Assembly: GCA_944326095.1 (NCBI GenBank)
Contig: CALVCO010000002.1
Span: 3,386-67,385 of the forward strand
Source: an uncultured Erysipelotrichaceae bacterium
GTDB taxonomy: Bacteria > Bacillota_I > Bacilli_A > Erysipelotrichales > Erysipelotrichaceae
Reading direction: 5' to 3'
DNA length: 64,000 bases
Shown here: piece by piece, positions 10,464 to 18,969 of the stretch
How the letters are laid out: each line of letters opens with the position of its first letter
Numbering within the stretch: position 1 is the first letter of the stretch
Position numbers and translations under genes: made by a program
Notes under the pieces: model-generated
Databases searched by the model: none
What the model was told of the DNA's origin: nothing
Seen by the model: the letters and a program-made list of their open reading frames with translations, nothing else

Positions 10464-10571
10464 ATGCATAATATAAAAATTAATGGTAAAATAAGAGGGA
10501 CAAGTAAAGGAGAATATGAAAAACTAACTCATTTTGTAAATTCAGATAAAAAGGAGAAAGAAGATGAATAA
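10464..10571 (+). CDS. Possible 35-aa small ORF (MHNIKINGKIRGTSKGEYEKLTHFVNSDKKEKEDE)
   Basis: SD ggag 6 nt upstream of the ATG. Its stop codon overlaps the ATG region of the next ORF (gaagATGaaTAA). No recognisable family. Confidence 0.25.
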   Translation: MHNIKINGKIRGTSKGEYEKLTHFVNSDKKEKEDE

Positions 10572-10914
10572 TATGTATGGTGGGGAATGTATAGTCCCAA
10601 TTAATAAAAAAGGTATTGAAGAATTAGATGATATGTCTATTGAAAATTCGAAAAATTGGATGGTTTTTAAAGTGTCGAGTGAAGAAGTAGAAGATTTTTT
10701 CTTGAGCAATGATTCACCAATTACATATTTTTCTGAACTAGATGAATTAAGCTTTGATATTTATTTTGGAGAAACAGGATTAATTCCTTTTGAGTATGTA
10801 GGGCAATGTTTAGCTGTCATGCAACAACATAGCAAGTTTCCAGATGGTGCTATAGCTAAAGCGTTAAAAACAGCATTAAATTATGGAACTTGTGTTGAAG
10901 TAACAATTGCATAG
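10564..10914 (+). CDS. Hypothetical acidic 116-aa protein
   Basis: SD aggag 7 nt upstream. No signal peptide or TM segment and no motif I recognise. Bracketed by two terminators, so it is an independent small transcription unit. Confidence 0.5.
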   Translation: MNNMYGGECIVPINKKGIEELDDMSIENSKNWMVFKVSSEEVEDFFLSNDSPITYFSELDELSFDIYFGETGLIPFEYVGQCLAVMQQHSKFPDGAIAKALKTALNYGTCVEVTIA

Positions 10915-10925
10915 AATAATAATTT

Positions 10926-10948
10926 AGCGCAAAACATGCGCTTTTTTT
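10926..10948 (+). terminator. Rho-independent terminator
   Basis: Stem agcgca/tgcgct, loop aaaca, then a T-run of 7. Confidence 0.7.
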
Positions 10949-11335
10949 GTAGGAGGAATAAGTAATGTTTAGACTTATTTTGTATGAAAGCTAATGGCAG
11001 AAAAAAGGAAATCAATGTCCTACACAATCACATACGATTGAATATATAAAATCAAAAGGACAAGATGCTATATATTTATACAATTCAATAGGTAGAACTA
11101 CTCAAGAGTAGTAAAATTGTTGTTTGAAATTTTGTCCATAAATAATGAGGTTGTTTGCATTTGTGAGATGTATGGTTTAACTATTTGTGAACATATATTA
11201 TATTGCTTGTAAAATTACAACAATTCATATATATGATTTATTTACAAAGGATTTTCGTTATAGATGTTTTTAAGCATTTAAACTGTTATTTAGATTTTAA
11301 TATTGACATGTTATACTAATATTAGGAGTAAAATT

Positions 11336-11890
11336 ATGGATATATTAAATAATAATTTTGTTTTTTTAGATGTTGAAACACCTAATCATTATAATGATGC
11401 AATAAGTTCTATAGGTTTATATGTTTTAAAAGAAGATGGTGAGCTTATAGAAGATTATTATTTAGTGAATCCTGAAACAAGTTTTGATGATTTTAATATT
11501 AATTTAACTAATATTAATCCATTAATGGTTAAAGATAAACCTAATTTTTTAATGATTTGGAATAATATCAAAGATTATTTTAATGATGATGCTATAGTGG
11601 TTGCTCATAATGCCATATTTGATTTGAGCGTGCTCAATAAATGTTTTAAACATTATCATATTAAAAGTCCTTTGAATCGTTATATGTGCACTTATCAATT
11701 AACTAGAAAATATTTATCATTACCTTCATATCGATTAAATAAGGTTTGTGAATATTTCAATATTATATTGGATAACCATCATAATGCTTTGTGTGATACA
11801 AAAGCTTGTTTTGAAATATTTATGCATTTATATGATTTAAATGTTATTAAAACTACAGATATTTATAAATTGAAGAAGAAAGAGGATTAA
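11336..11890 (+). CDS. DnaQ-like DEDDh 3'-5' exonuclease (stand-alone epsilon-like domain)
   Basis: The ORF-track TTG start at 11303 is rejected; ATG 11336 follows SD aggag. Exo I FLDVETPN, Exo II VAHNAIFDLSVL, Exo III HHNALCDTKA. Confidence 0.8.
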   Translation: MDILNNNFVFLDVETPNHYNDAISSIGLYVLKEDGELIEDYYLVNPETSFDDFNINLTNINPLMVKDKPNFLMIWNNIKDYFNDDAIVVAHNAIFDLSVLNKCFKHYHIKSPLNRYMCTYQLTRKYLSLPSYRLNKVCEYFNIILDNHHNALCDTKACFEIFMHLYDLNVIKTTDIYKLKKKED

Positions 11891-11891
11891 T

Positions 11892-13382
11892 ATGGAAGAA
11901 CTTAAAATAATTGAGAATTATGAAGAAAAGATAGCTGCTTATGATTTAATGTTAAATACATTAATGTTTGATACTGAAACTATAGCTTGCAAAGATGGTA
12001 AAGAACATCGTTTAGAGGCCATTGAAATTTTAATGGAAGATTATTATAATCTAAAAAATGATGATAAAGTATATGATGCTTTAAAAAAACTGGAAAATTG
12101 TGATTTAGCTTATGATCAAAAAAGAAAAGTTAAATTATTATTAAAGGAATTTAATAAATTGAAGTCAATTCCAAAAGATTTATATTTAAAGATTCAAAGT
12201 GTGGCAAATAAATCACAAATGGTATGGGAAAAAGCAAAAGAAAATAATGATTATTCATTGTTTGCACCTTATTTAAAAGAATTAATAAAGTTAGATATTG
12301 AAGCTTGTAAATATCGTAATAAGGATTTAGATTGTTATGACTTATTGCTTGATGATCATGAAGAAGGAATGAATCAAGAAAAATATGATATCTTTTTTGA
12401 TATGATTAAAACAGAATTATTACCTATTATAAAGAAGATAAATGCTAAGAATAGTGAGCTTAATTTTAAAAATCTTAAAGGTAATTATAATATAAATAAA
12501 CAAAAAGAATTTATTAAAATATTAGCTGATTATTTACATTTTGATAATAGTTGGGGCTATATTGGTGAATATATGCATCCTTTTACGTGTGCAATTTCAC
12601 CTAATGATGTAAGAATTACTACCTATTATCGTCAAGATGATGTTGTAGATGGTATTTTTTCAACGATTCATGAAATTGGTCATGGTTTTTATGAACATCA
12701 AACTTCTGATAAACTAATGGATAGTATTTTATCATCTAAAAGTAATGCTATGCATGAATCGCAATCACGATTATTAGAAAATAATATTGCACGTAGAAAA
12801 GCTTTTTGGATAAATTTATTTCCAAAGCTAAAAGAAATATTTGCTAAGGAATTAGAAGATATAGATTTAGATGATTTTTGGCATAGCATTAATAAATCTG
12901 AATGTTCTTTGATTAGAACTATGGCTGATGAGTTAACTTATCCAATCCATATTTTAATTCGTTATGAATTAGAAAGAGAAATATTTGCTGGTAAATGTAA
13001 TTTGGATAATTTAAATATTTTATGGAATGAGAAAGTAGAGAAATATTTAGGAATTAAAGTAGATAAAGATAGTAATGGTATTTTACAAGATGTGCATTGG
13101 GCTTCTAATGAATTTGGTTATTTTCCTACTTATGCTTTAGGAAGTGCTTTTGCTGCTCAAATTTTTTATCATTTAAATAAAGAAATAGATGTGGATAATT
13201 GTTTAATTAATAATAATTTTATTAAAATTGAAAATTGGTTAAAAGAACATATTCATTGTTATGGAGGCTTATATGATGCGAATACTATATTAAAAAAAGC
13301 CTTAAATGAAGAATTTAATCCAAAATATTATATAGATTATTTAAAAGAAAAGTATCAAAAGTTATATGATATAATTAAATAG
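11892..13382 (+). CDS. Carboxypeptidase Taq-type (peptidase M32)
   Basis: 496 aa. HEIGHGFYE zinc motif plus the HPF and DVHWA..GYFPTYALGS blocks. Confidence 0.9.
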   Translation: MEELKIIENYEEKIAAYDLMLNTLMFDTETIACKDGKEHRLEAIEILMEDYYNLKNDDKVYDALKKLENCDLAYDQKRKVKLLLKEFNKLKSIPKDLYLKIQSVANKSQMVWEKAKENNDYSLFAPYLKELIKLDIEACKYRNKDLDCYDLLLDDHEEGMNQEKYDIFFDMIKTELLPIIKKINAKNSELNFKNLKGNYNINKQKEFIKILADYLHFDNSWGYIGEYMHPFTCAISPNDVRITTYYRQDDVVDGIFSTIHEIGHGFYEHQTSDKLMDSILSSKSNAMHESQSRLLENNIARRKAFWINLFPKLKEIFAKELEDIDLDDFWHSINKSECSLIRTMADELTYPIHILIRYELEREIFAGKCNLDNLNILWNEKVEKYLGIKVDKDSNGILQDVHWASNEFGYFPTYALGSAFAAQIFYHLNKEIDVDNCLINNNFIKIENWLKEHIHCYGGLYDANTILKKALNEEFNPKYYIDYLKEKYQKLYDIIK

Positions 13383-13400
13383 ATTAATGGAGAATATTAA

Positions 13401-14711
13401 ATGAAAATAGGTATAATATCTTTAGGTTGTTGTAAAAATTTAGTTGATAGTGAATATATCATCGGTTTATTAAAAGCTGCTGATATTGAAATTACTACTG
13501 ATTATAAAAAATGTGATGCTATATTAATAAATACATGTGGATTTATAAATCCTGCTAAACAAGAAGCAATCGATACTATATTAGAAATGGCAGAATTAAA
13601 GGCGAGTACAGGATGTAAGTTAATTGTTACTGGTTGTTTGGTTCAAAGATATAAGGAAGAACTTATTGAGGAATTGCCAGAAGTAGATGCTTTTATTAGT
13701 TTGGATGAATATCCTAATATGCATAAAATTATTGCAAAAGTATTAAATATTGATATTAAAGAAACATATGGTAAAACTACTAGGGTTCTATCAGGAAAGC
13801 CTTGGATGGCTTATTTGAAAATAGCTGATGGTTGTGATAATAAATGTGCTTATTGTGCTATTCCTTTAATTAGAGGTCCATATCGTTCTTTTAAAATGGA
13901 AGATATAATTGAAGAGGCTAAACGATTAGCTAAATTGGGAGTTAAGGAATTAAATTTAATTGCGCAAGATACTACAAGATATGGTATTGATATTTATCAT
14001 GAAAGAAGCTTATATAAGCTTTTAGAAGAGCTTGATAAAATTGAAGGTTTGAGATGGATAAGAATCTTATATATGTATCCTGATGAAATTGATGATATAT
14101 TATTGGAAACCATGCTTAAATGTAAAAAAGTATTACCATATTTTGATATTCCTATTCAACATGCTAATGATCGATTATTAAAATTAATGAATAGAAGAGG
14201 TTCTAAACAATTGATTAAACAACGTGTTGATAAAATACGTTCTATGTTCAGCAATCCAATATTAAGAACTACAATTATTGTAGGTTTTCCTAGTGAAACT
14301 AAAGATGAGTTTGAAGAAATGATTGATTTTACTAAAGAAGTTAAATGGGATCGTTTAGGGGCTTTTACATATTCTAAAGAAGAAGATACGCCATCTTATA
14401 TTATGGAAGATGATGTTAGTGAAGATGAAAAAGCAGTTAGACTTAATCGTTTAATGGATGTTCAAACTTCATTACAAGAGGCTATTAATCAACATTTAAT
14501 TAATAAAGAATTAGAAGTTCTAGTGGAAAATTATGATGGATTAACAAGAATGTATCATGGACGTAGCATATATAGTGCTCCGGATGGTGTTGATGGAGAA
14601 GTCTTATTTAGATATGATAATGAAATTAAGATGGGAACTTTTGTTAAAGTTAAGATTAAAAAGAATAAAAAACATGATTTAATAGCTGATTATATTGAGG
14701 AGGTAGGATGA
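13401..14711 (+). CDS. rimO: Ribosomal protein S12 methylthiotransferase (radical SAM MTTase)
   Basis: 436 aa. N-terminal GIISLGCCKNLVDSE, radical SAM CDNKCAYC and a C-terminal TRAM-like domain. RimO is preferred over MiaB on N-terminal pattern and length. Confidence 0.8.
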   Translation: MKIGIISLGCCKNLVDSEYIIGLLKAADIEITTDYKKCDAILINTCGFINPAKQEAIDTILEMAELKASTGCKLIVTGCLVQRYKEELIEELPEVDAFISLDEYPNMHKIIAKVLNIDIKETYGKTTRVLSGKPWMAYLKIADGCDNKCAYCAIPLIRGPYRSFKMEDIIEEAKRLAKLGVKELNLIAQDTTRYGIDIYHERSLYKLLEELDKIEGLRWIRILYMYPDEIDDILLETMLKCKKVLPYFDIPIQHANDRLLKLMNRRGSKQLIKQRVDKIRSMFSNPILRTTIIVGFPSETKDEFEEMIDFTKEVKWDRLGAFTYSKEEDTPSYIMEDDVSEDEKAVRLNRLMDVQTSLQEAINQHLINKELEVLVENYDGLTRMYHGRSIYSAPDGVDGEVLFRYDNEIKMGTFVKVKIKKNKKHDLIADYIEEVG

Positions 14712-15613
14712 TGGAAGAATATATTGGCATTGATTTAGGTGGTACAAATGTTCGCGTTTCTAAAGTTAATGAGGCAGGAGTGATTTTACAAACAGTAAAA
14801 GGCCCTTCATATGGCACTGAAGGTCCAGAGATTGTAATGCCTAATATCATTGAAATGATTAAGAAAATTGATAATTATCAAAAATGTGCAGGTATTGGTA
14901 TGGGAGTACCAGGGCCTGTAGATACTGCTAGAGGAATAATGTGTCTATCTAGTAATTTGTATGGTTTTACTGGTTATCCTATAGTACAACATTTACAAGA
15001 AAATTTTCATATGCCTGTTTACTTGGATAATGATGCTAATGTTGCCGGGCTTGCAGAAGCTTTAGTAGGAGCAGGTAAAGGGATGAACATCGTTTACTAT
15101 GTTACAATTTCGACAGGTATTGGTGGCGCATTGATTGCTAATGGAAGAGTAGTTAGTGGTAAAAATGGTTTTGCTGGAGAAATAGGTAATATTGTTATTG
15201 ATCGTAATCGTCCTAAGATCAATCATTTAAATGCTGGTGCTTCAGAATGTGAAGCTAGTGGAACTGCTATTGTTAGAAAAGCTAGAGAAAGATTGCCTTA
15301 TGCTACAATTAATCATGCTGGTGATGTTTTTGCTTTGGCAAGCAATAATGATCAAAATGCAATTGCTTTAGTTGATGAAATTACTACAGATTTAGCTTAT
15401 TTATTTTCAATAGTTGCGCATGTTTGTGATCCATTTGCTTTTGTAATTGGTGGTGGAGTTATGAAGTCGAAAGATTTATTTTTACCATTAGTAGTGGAAA
15501 AATATAAAAATCTAGTTCATGAAGGAATGCGTAATACTTTATTCTTGGAAGCTCAATTAGATGAACCAGGAGTTATAGGAGCAGCAATGTTACCTTTATC
15601 AATGAAAGGGTAA
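14708..15613 (+). CDS. ROK-family sugar kinase (glucokinase-like) lacking the zinc motif
   Basis: 301 aa. Motifs IGIDLGGTNVRV, DNDANVAGLAE and GIGGALI. The usual GH..CxCGxxGCxE is replaced by GEIGN...NHLNAGASECE. ATGA overlap with rimO. Confidence 0.8.
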   Translation: MMEEYIGIDLGGTNVRVSKVNEAGVILQTVKGPSYGTEGPEIVMPNIIEMIKKIDNYQKCAGIGMGVPGPVDTARGIMCLSSNLYGFTGYPIVQHLQENFHMPVYLDNDANVAGLAEALVGAGKGMNIVYYVTISTGIGGALIANGRVVSGKNGFAGEIGNIVIDRNRPKINHLNAGASECEASGTAIVRKARERLPYATINHAGDVFALASNNDQNAIALVDEITTDLAYLFSIVAHVCDPFAFVIGGGVMKSKDLFLPLVVEKYKNLVHEGMRNTLFLEAQLDEPGVIGAAMLPLSMKG

Positions 15614-15619
15614 ATAAAT

Positions 15620-16852
15620 ATGAATAATGAATTATTAAAAAAATATGCTAAATTAATTGTTCGTAATGGGGCAAATGTTCAAGAAGGTCAATATGTACTT
15701 ATTAAGGCGCCAATCCATGCTGCTGATTTTGCTAAAATGTGCGTAAAAGAAGCATATGATGCTAAAGCTTGCTATGTTGATCTTAGATATAATGATGATG
15801 AATTGTCTAAACTTCATTATCTTTATGCTGATGAAGAAAAATTGTGTGAAGTACCTAAGTGGCAATTAGATAGAAATCAATATGAAATTGATAATAAATA
15901 TTGTGCAATCAATATAATTAGTGATATGCCTGATGTTTTTGATGATGTTGATAGCGAATTATTAGCTAAAGTAAATCTAGCTAGAAGAAAAGCTTCTAAG
16001 CCATATCAATACTATTTTATGAACAATGTAGGCCAATGGACTATTGCTGCCTTTCCTAATGAAAAATGGGCTAAAAAGATATTTCCTGAATTATCTTCAA
16101 AAGATGCTTTAGAACAATTATTTAATAAGATTTTGGAATCAGTTAGAGTTAATGAAACTGATGATCCTCTGGAATTATGGGATAAACATAATAAAGAATT
16201 GATAAATCATTGTTTAAAAATGAATGAATTTAACTTTAAATCATTACATTTTACTAATAGTTTAGGAACAGATTTACACGTAGGTTTAGTTTCAAATCAT
16301 ATTTGGCAAGGTGGTCAAGATGTAACCCCTACAGGAATTAGATTTAATCCTAATTTACCAACTGAAGAAATATTTACGATGCCCGATAGAAATAATGTAA
16401 ATGGAAAAGTAGTTGCGACTTTACCACTTAGTCATAATGGTAAATTATTTAAAGATTTTTCCTTTACTTTTAAAGATGGCAAAATTATAGATTTTGATAG
16501 TAAAACTGAAAAAGATTTTTTAGAGAAAATATTAAATATGGATGAAGGTTCTTCTAGAATAGGGGAAGTAGCTTTAATTTCTTATAATTCACCAATAAGC
16601 AATCAAAATATTTTATATTATAATACCTTATTTGATGAGAATGCCTCATGTCATTTAGCATTAGGGGCTTGTTATCCTACAAATATTAAAGATGGTGAAA
16701 ATATGGATGAAAATACTTTACTAGCACATGGTGGTAATATATCTATGAATCATATTGATTTTATGTTTGGTAGCAAGGATATGAATATTGTTGGGACCAC
16801 GGTTGATGGTAAACAAATTCAAGTTTTTAAAGATGGTAATTTTTGTTTTTAG
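15620..16852 (+). CDS. Aminopeptidase, peptidase M29 family (AmpS/PepS-like)
   Basis: 410 aa. N-terminal LLKKYAKLIVRNGANVQEGQ and C-terminal HLALGACYP..HIDFMFG blocks typical of M29. Confidence 0.85.
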   Translation: MNNELLKKYAKLIVRNGANVQEGQYVLIKAPIHAADFAKMCVKEAYDAKACYVDLRYNDDELSKLHYLYADEEKLCEVPKWQLDRNQYEIDNKYCAINIISDMPDVFDDVDSELLAKVNLARRKASKPYQYYFMNNVGQWTIAAFPNEKWAKKIFPELSSKDALEQLFNKILESVRVNETDDPLELWDKHNKELINHCLKMNEFNFKSLHFTNSLGTDLHVGLVSNHIWQGGQDVTPTGIRFNPNLPTEEIFTMPDRNNVNGKVVATLPLSHNGKLFKDFSFTFKDGKIIDFDSKTEKDFLEKILNMDEGSSRIGEVALISYNSPISNQNILYYNTLFDENASCHLALGACYPTNIKDGENMDENTLLAHGGNISMNHIDFMFGSKDMNIVGTTVDGKQIQVFKDGNFCF

Positions 16853-16861
16853 GAATAAGTC

Positions 16862-18334
16862 ATGTATCATATCTCAGATGTAAAAAAATATTTACGATGT
16901 CCTTTGCTTTTTTATAATCATGTGCATAATAAGGAAGAAAAGTATCGACCTTATGTGCGTTTAGATGAAAAGCTAACAGAATTAGCGCGTCAAAAATTAA
17001 ATGTTGAAGAATATTTTTTAGGACAAAAAAATGATGATAAACAATTAGCTATTGATGCTTTAAAAAAATATGATTGGTTGATGAAAGCTCGCTTTGAATA
17101 TGATAATCTAAGAATTAAAGTTCCATTTTTACATCGTACAAGTTTAGGATATGATGTTTATTTTGTATACTGTGGAAATTATCCTAAAAATGATGATATC
17201 TTATTTTATTCTTTAACTTTGTGGGTATTAAAAAATAATCATATTTATATTAATGATTGTTTTATTATGCATTTTAATGCTAATTATGTTAGACAAGAAC
17301 AATTAGATCCTCAGGAATTATTTATTATTAGTGATTGTTTTTATAATGATGCTAATTCAAAACAATATAATATTAAAGAAACAATTTTTAGTAAAATGCG
17401 TAATTATTCTATTGTTTTAAAAGAAATGTTAGCAGTTGAAAATGGGGAAAAACCTAATGCATTAAGAACTAATAAGTGTACTAAAAGAAGTAAATGCTTA
17501 TATTATGATCAATGTTTTAAAGAAGAAAAGGAAATAGAAGCTAATTCGATATTAACTTTAGTAACTTCTCAATATAAATATAAAATGTATGAAAGTGGTA
17601 TTAAATATTTAAAAGATGCTAATATTGATTTATTAGAAGGTACTAATCAACAATATGCGCAAATACAAGCTGATAAAGATGGTGGTATTTTTGTTGATAA
17701 ACATGCTTTAAAGGGTTGGCTTTCTAATATTCGTTATCCTATTTTCTTTATAGATTTTGAATGGGATACATATGCTATTCCTCCTTATAAGGGAATGAAA
17801 CCATATGATGTATTATGCTTTGAATATAGTATTCATGTTTTAAATGAAGATGGTTCAATAGATCATCATGAATATCTTGGTACTCATGATTGTCGCCAAA
17901 AATTAATTGAAAGCATGATTAGTAATTTAGGTAAAAAAGGTAGCATTATTGCTTATAATGCTAATGGGGCTGAGAAAATACGTTTACAAGAGATGATATT
18001 CCAGTTTCCTCAATATGCTAATGAGCTATGGCATATCTATTATCGTATGGAAGATCTTCAAGTGCCATTTATGATGGGAATGGTTTATAATACCAAAATG
18101 CGTGGTACTTATTCTTTAAAAACATTAATGTCTGTTGTAGATGAAAAAGCATATAAATCTTTAGATATCAATCAAGGTATGGATGCAGTATTCAATTGGC
18201 GACAAATTGATTATGGAGAAGATGTTGATAATGAAGAAGTAATAAAGCATCTTAAACAATATTGTGCTATGGATACTTATGCTATGATTGTAGTATTTAA
18301 AAAGTTGCAAGAACTAGTAGCAGATTTCAGATAA
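16862..18334 (+). CDS. DUF2779-type protein: Cas4-like Cys signature plus C-terminal DEDD/RNase H-like domain
   Basis: 490 aa. Cys13 (YLRCPLLFY) plus CTKRSKCLYYDQC (C-x6-C-x5-C). C-terminal blocks FFIDFEWD, AYNANGAEK and YCAMDTYAM. Confidence 0.7.
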   Translation: MYHISDVKKYLRCPLLFYNHVHNKEEKYRPYVRLDEKLTELARQKLNVEEYFLGQKNDDKQLAIDALKKYDWLMKARFEYDNLRIKVPFLHRTSLGYDVYFVYCGNYPKNDDILFYSLTLWVLKNNHIYINDCFIMHFNANYVRQEQLDPQELFIISDCFYNDANSKQYNIKETIFSKMRNYSIVLKEMLAVENGEKPNALRTNKCTKRSKCLYYDQCFKEEKEIEANSILTLVTSQYKYKMYESGIKYLKDANIDLLEGTNQQYAQIQADKDGGIFVDKHALKGWLSNIRYPIFFIDFEWDTYAIPPYKGMKPYDVLCFEYSIHVLNEDGSIDHHEYLGTHDCRQKLIESMISNLGKKGSIIAYNANGAEKIRLQEMIFQFPQYANELWHIYYRMEDLQVPFMMGMVYNTKMRGTYSLKTLMSVVDEKAYKSLDINQGMDAVFNWRQIDYGEDVDNEEVIKHLKQYCAMDTYAMIVVFKKLQELVADFR

Positions 18335-18392
18335 TTATCACCAATTAATTATATTAATAGTGTATAATATGGTTAACAGGAGGTACAATTTT

Positions 18393-18920
18393 ATGAGATT
18401 TGAAATTGTCGGAAAAAATGTAACAGTTACGGAAGGAATGCGCGAAAAAATTGAAGCTAAATTAGGATTTTTAGATAAATATATCTTAATTGATCCTAAT
18501 ACAATTGCTAGAGTTGTTTGTCGTGTATATCCAAATACTCAAAAAATTGAAGTAACTATTCCAACAAAAGTTGGTATTTTAAGAGCTGAAGTAGAACATG
18601 AAGATTTCTATGCAGCTATTGATTTAGCTATTGATAAATTGGAAGATCAAGTTAGAAGACAAAAAACTAGATTGTCTAGAAGACATAAAGAATCATTAGC
18701 TGAAAGTTTTATTGAACAAGATGATAGTTTATTAGGTGAAAAAGATACACCTGTTAAAACTAAAACTGTTAATCCAGAAAGAATGGATTTAGAAGAAGCT
18801 ATTATGAGAATGGAAATGTTAGGACATAGTTTCTTTATTTATACTGATAGTGAGGAAGATTGTATTTCTGTCGTTTATAAACGTAATGATGGAAAATATG
18901 GATTAATTGAAACAGAATAA
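18393..18920 (+). CDS. hpf: Ribosome hibernation promoting factor, long form
   Basis: Start moved to ATG 18393 after SD aggagg. Begins MRFEIVGKNVTVTEGMREKIE; C-terminal dimerisation domain (MLGHSFFIY..YKRNDGKYGLIE). Confidence 0.9.
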   Translation: MRFEIVGKNVTVTEGMREKIEAKLGFLDKYILIDPNTIARVVCRVYPNTQKIEVTIPTKVGILRAEVEHEDFYAAIDLAIDKLEDQVRRQKTRLSRRHKESLAESFIEQDDSLLGEKDTPVKTKTVNPERMDLEEAIMRMEMLGHSFFIYTDSEEDCISVVYKRNDGKYGLIETE

Positions 18921-18931
18921 AAAAAGAAAGA

Positions 18932-18957
18932 GGGCATTCTTAAGGGAATGCCTTTTT
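18932..18957 (+). terminator. Rho-independent terminator of hpf
   Basis: Stem ggcattc/gaatgcc, loop ttaagg, then TTTTT. Confidence 0.75.
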
Positions 18958-18969
18958 AAGGGAAAAAGT

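Noticed and set aside
10464-10914. The idea that the 35-aa and 116-aa ORFs are one gene split by a frameshift, or joined by programmed slippage at GAT-AAA-AAG-G.
   Set aside because: The downstream frame is closed by TAA at 10537-10539 and has its own SD. Joining the two frames needs a +1 shift, whereas the A-AAA-AAG-like run favours -1. No homology supports a fused product.
13401-14711. Calling this methylthiotransferase MiaB.
   Set aside because: The N-terminal pattern (GxxSLGCxKNxVDSE) and the 436-aa length fit RimO better. Only a phylogeny could settle it, so confidence was reduced and the call kept as rimO.
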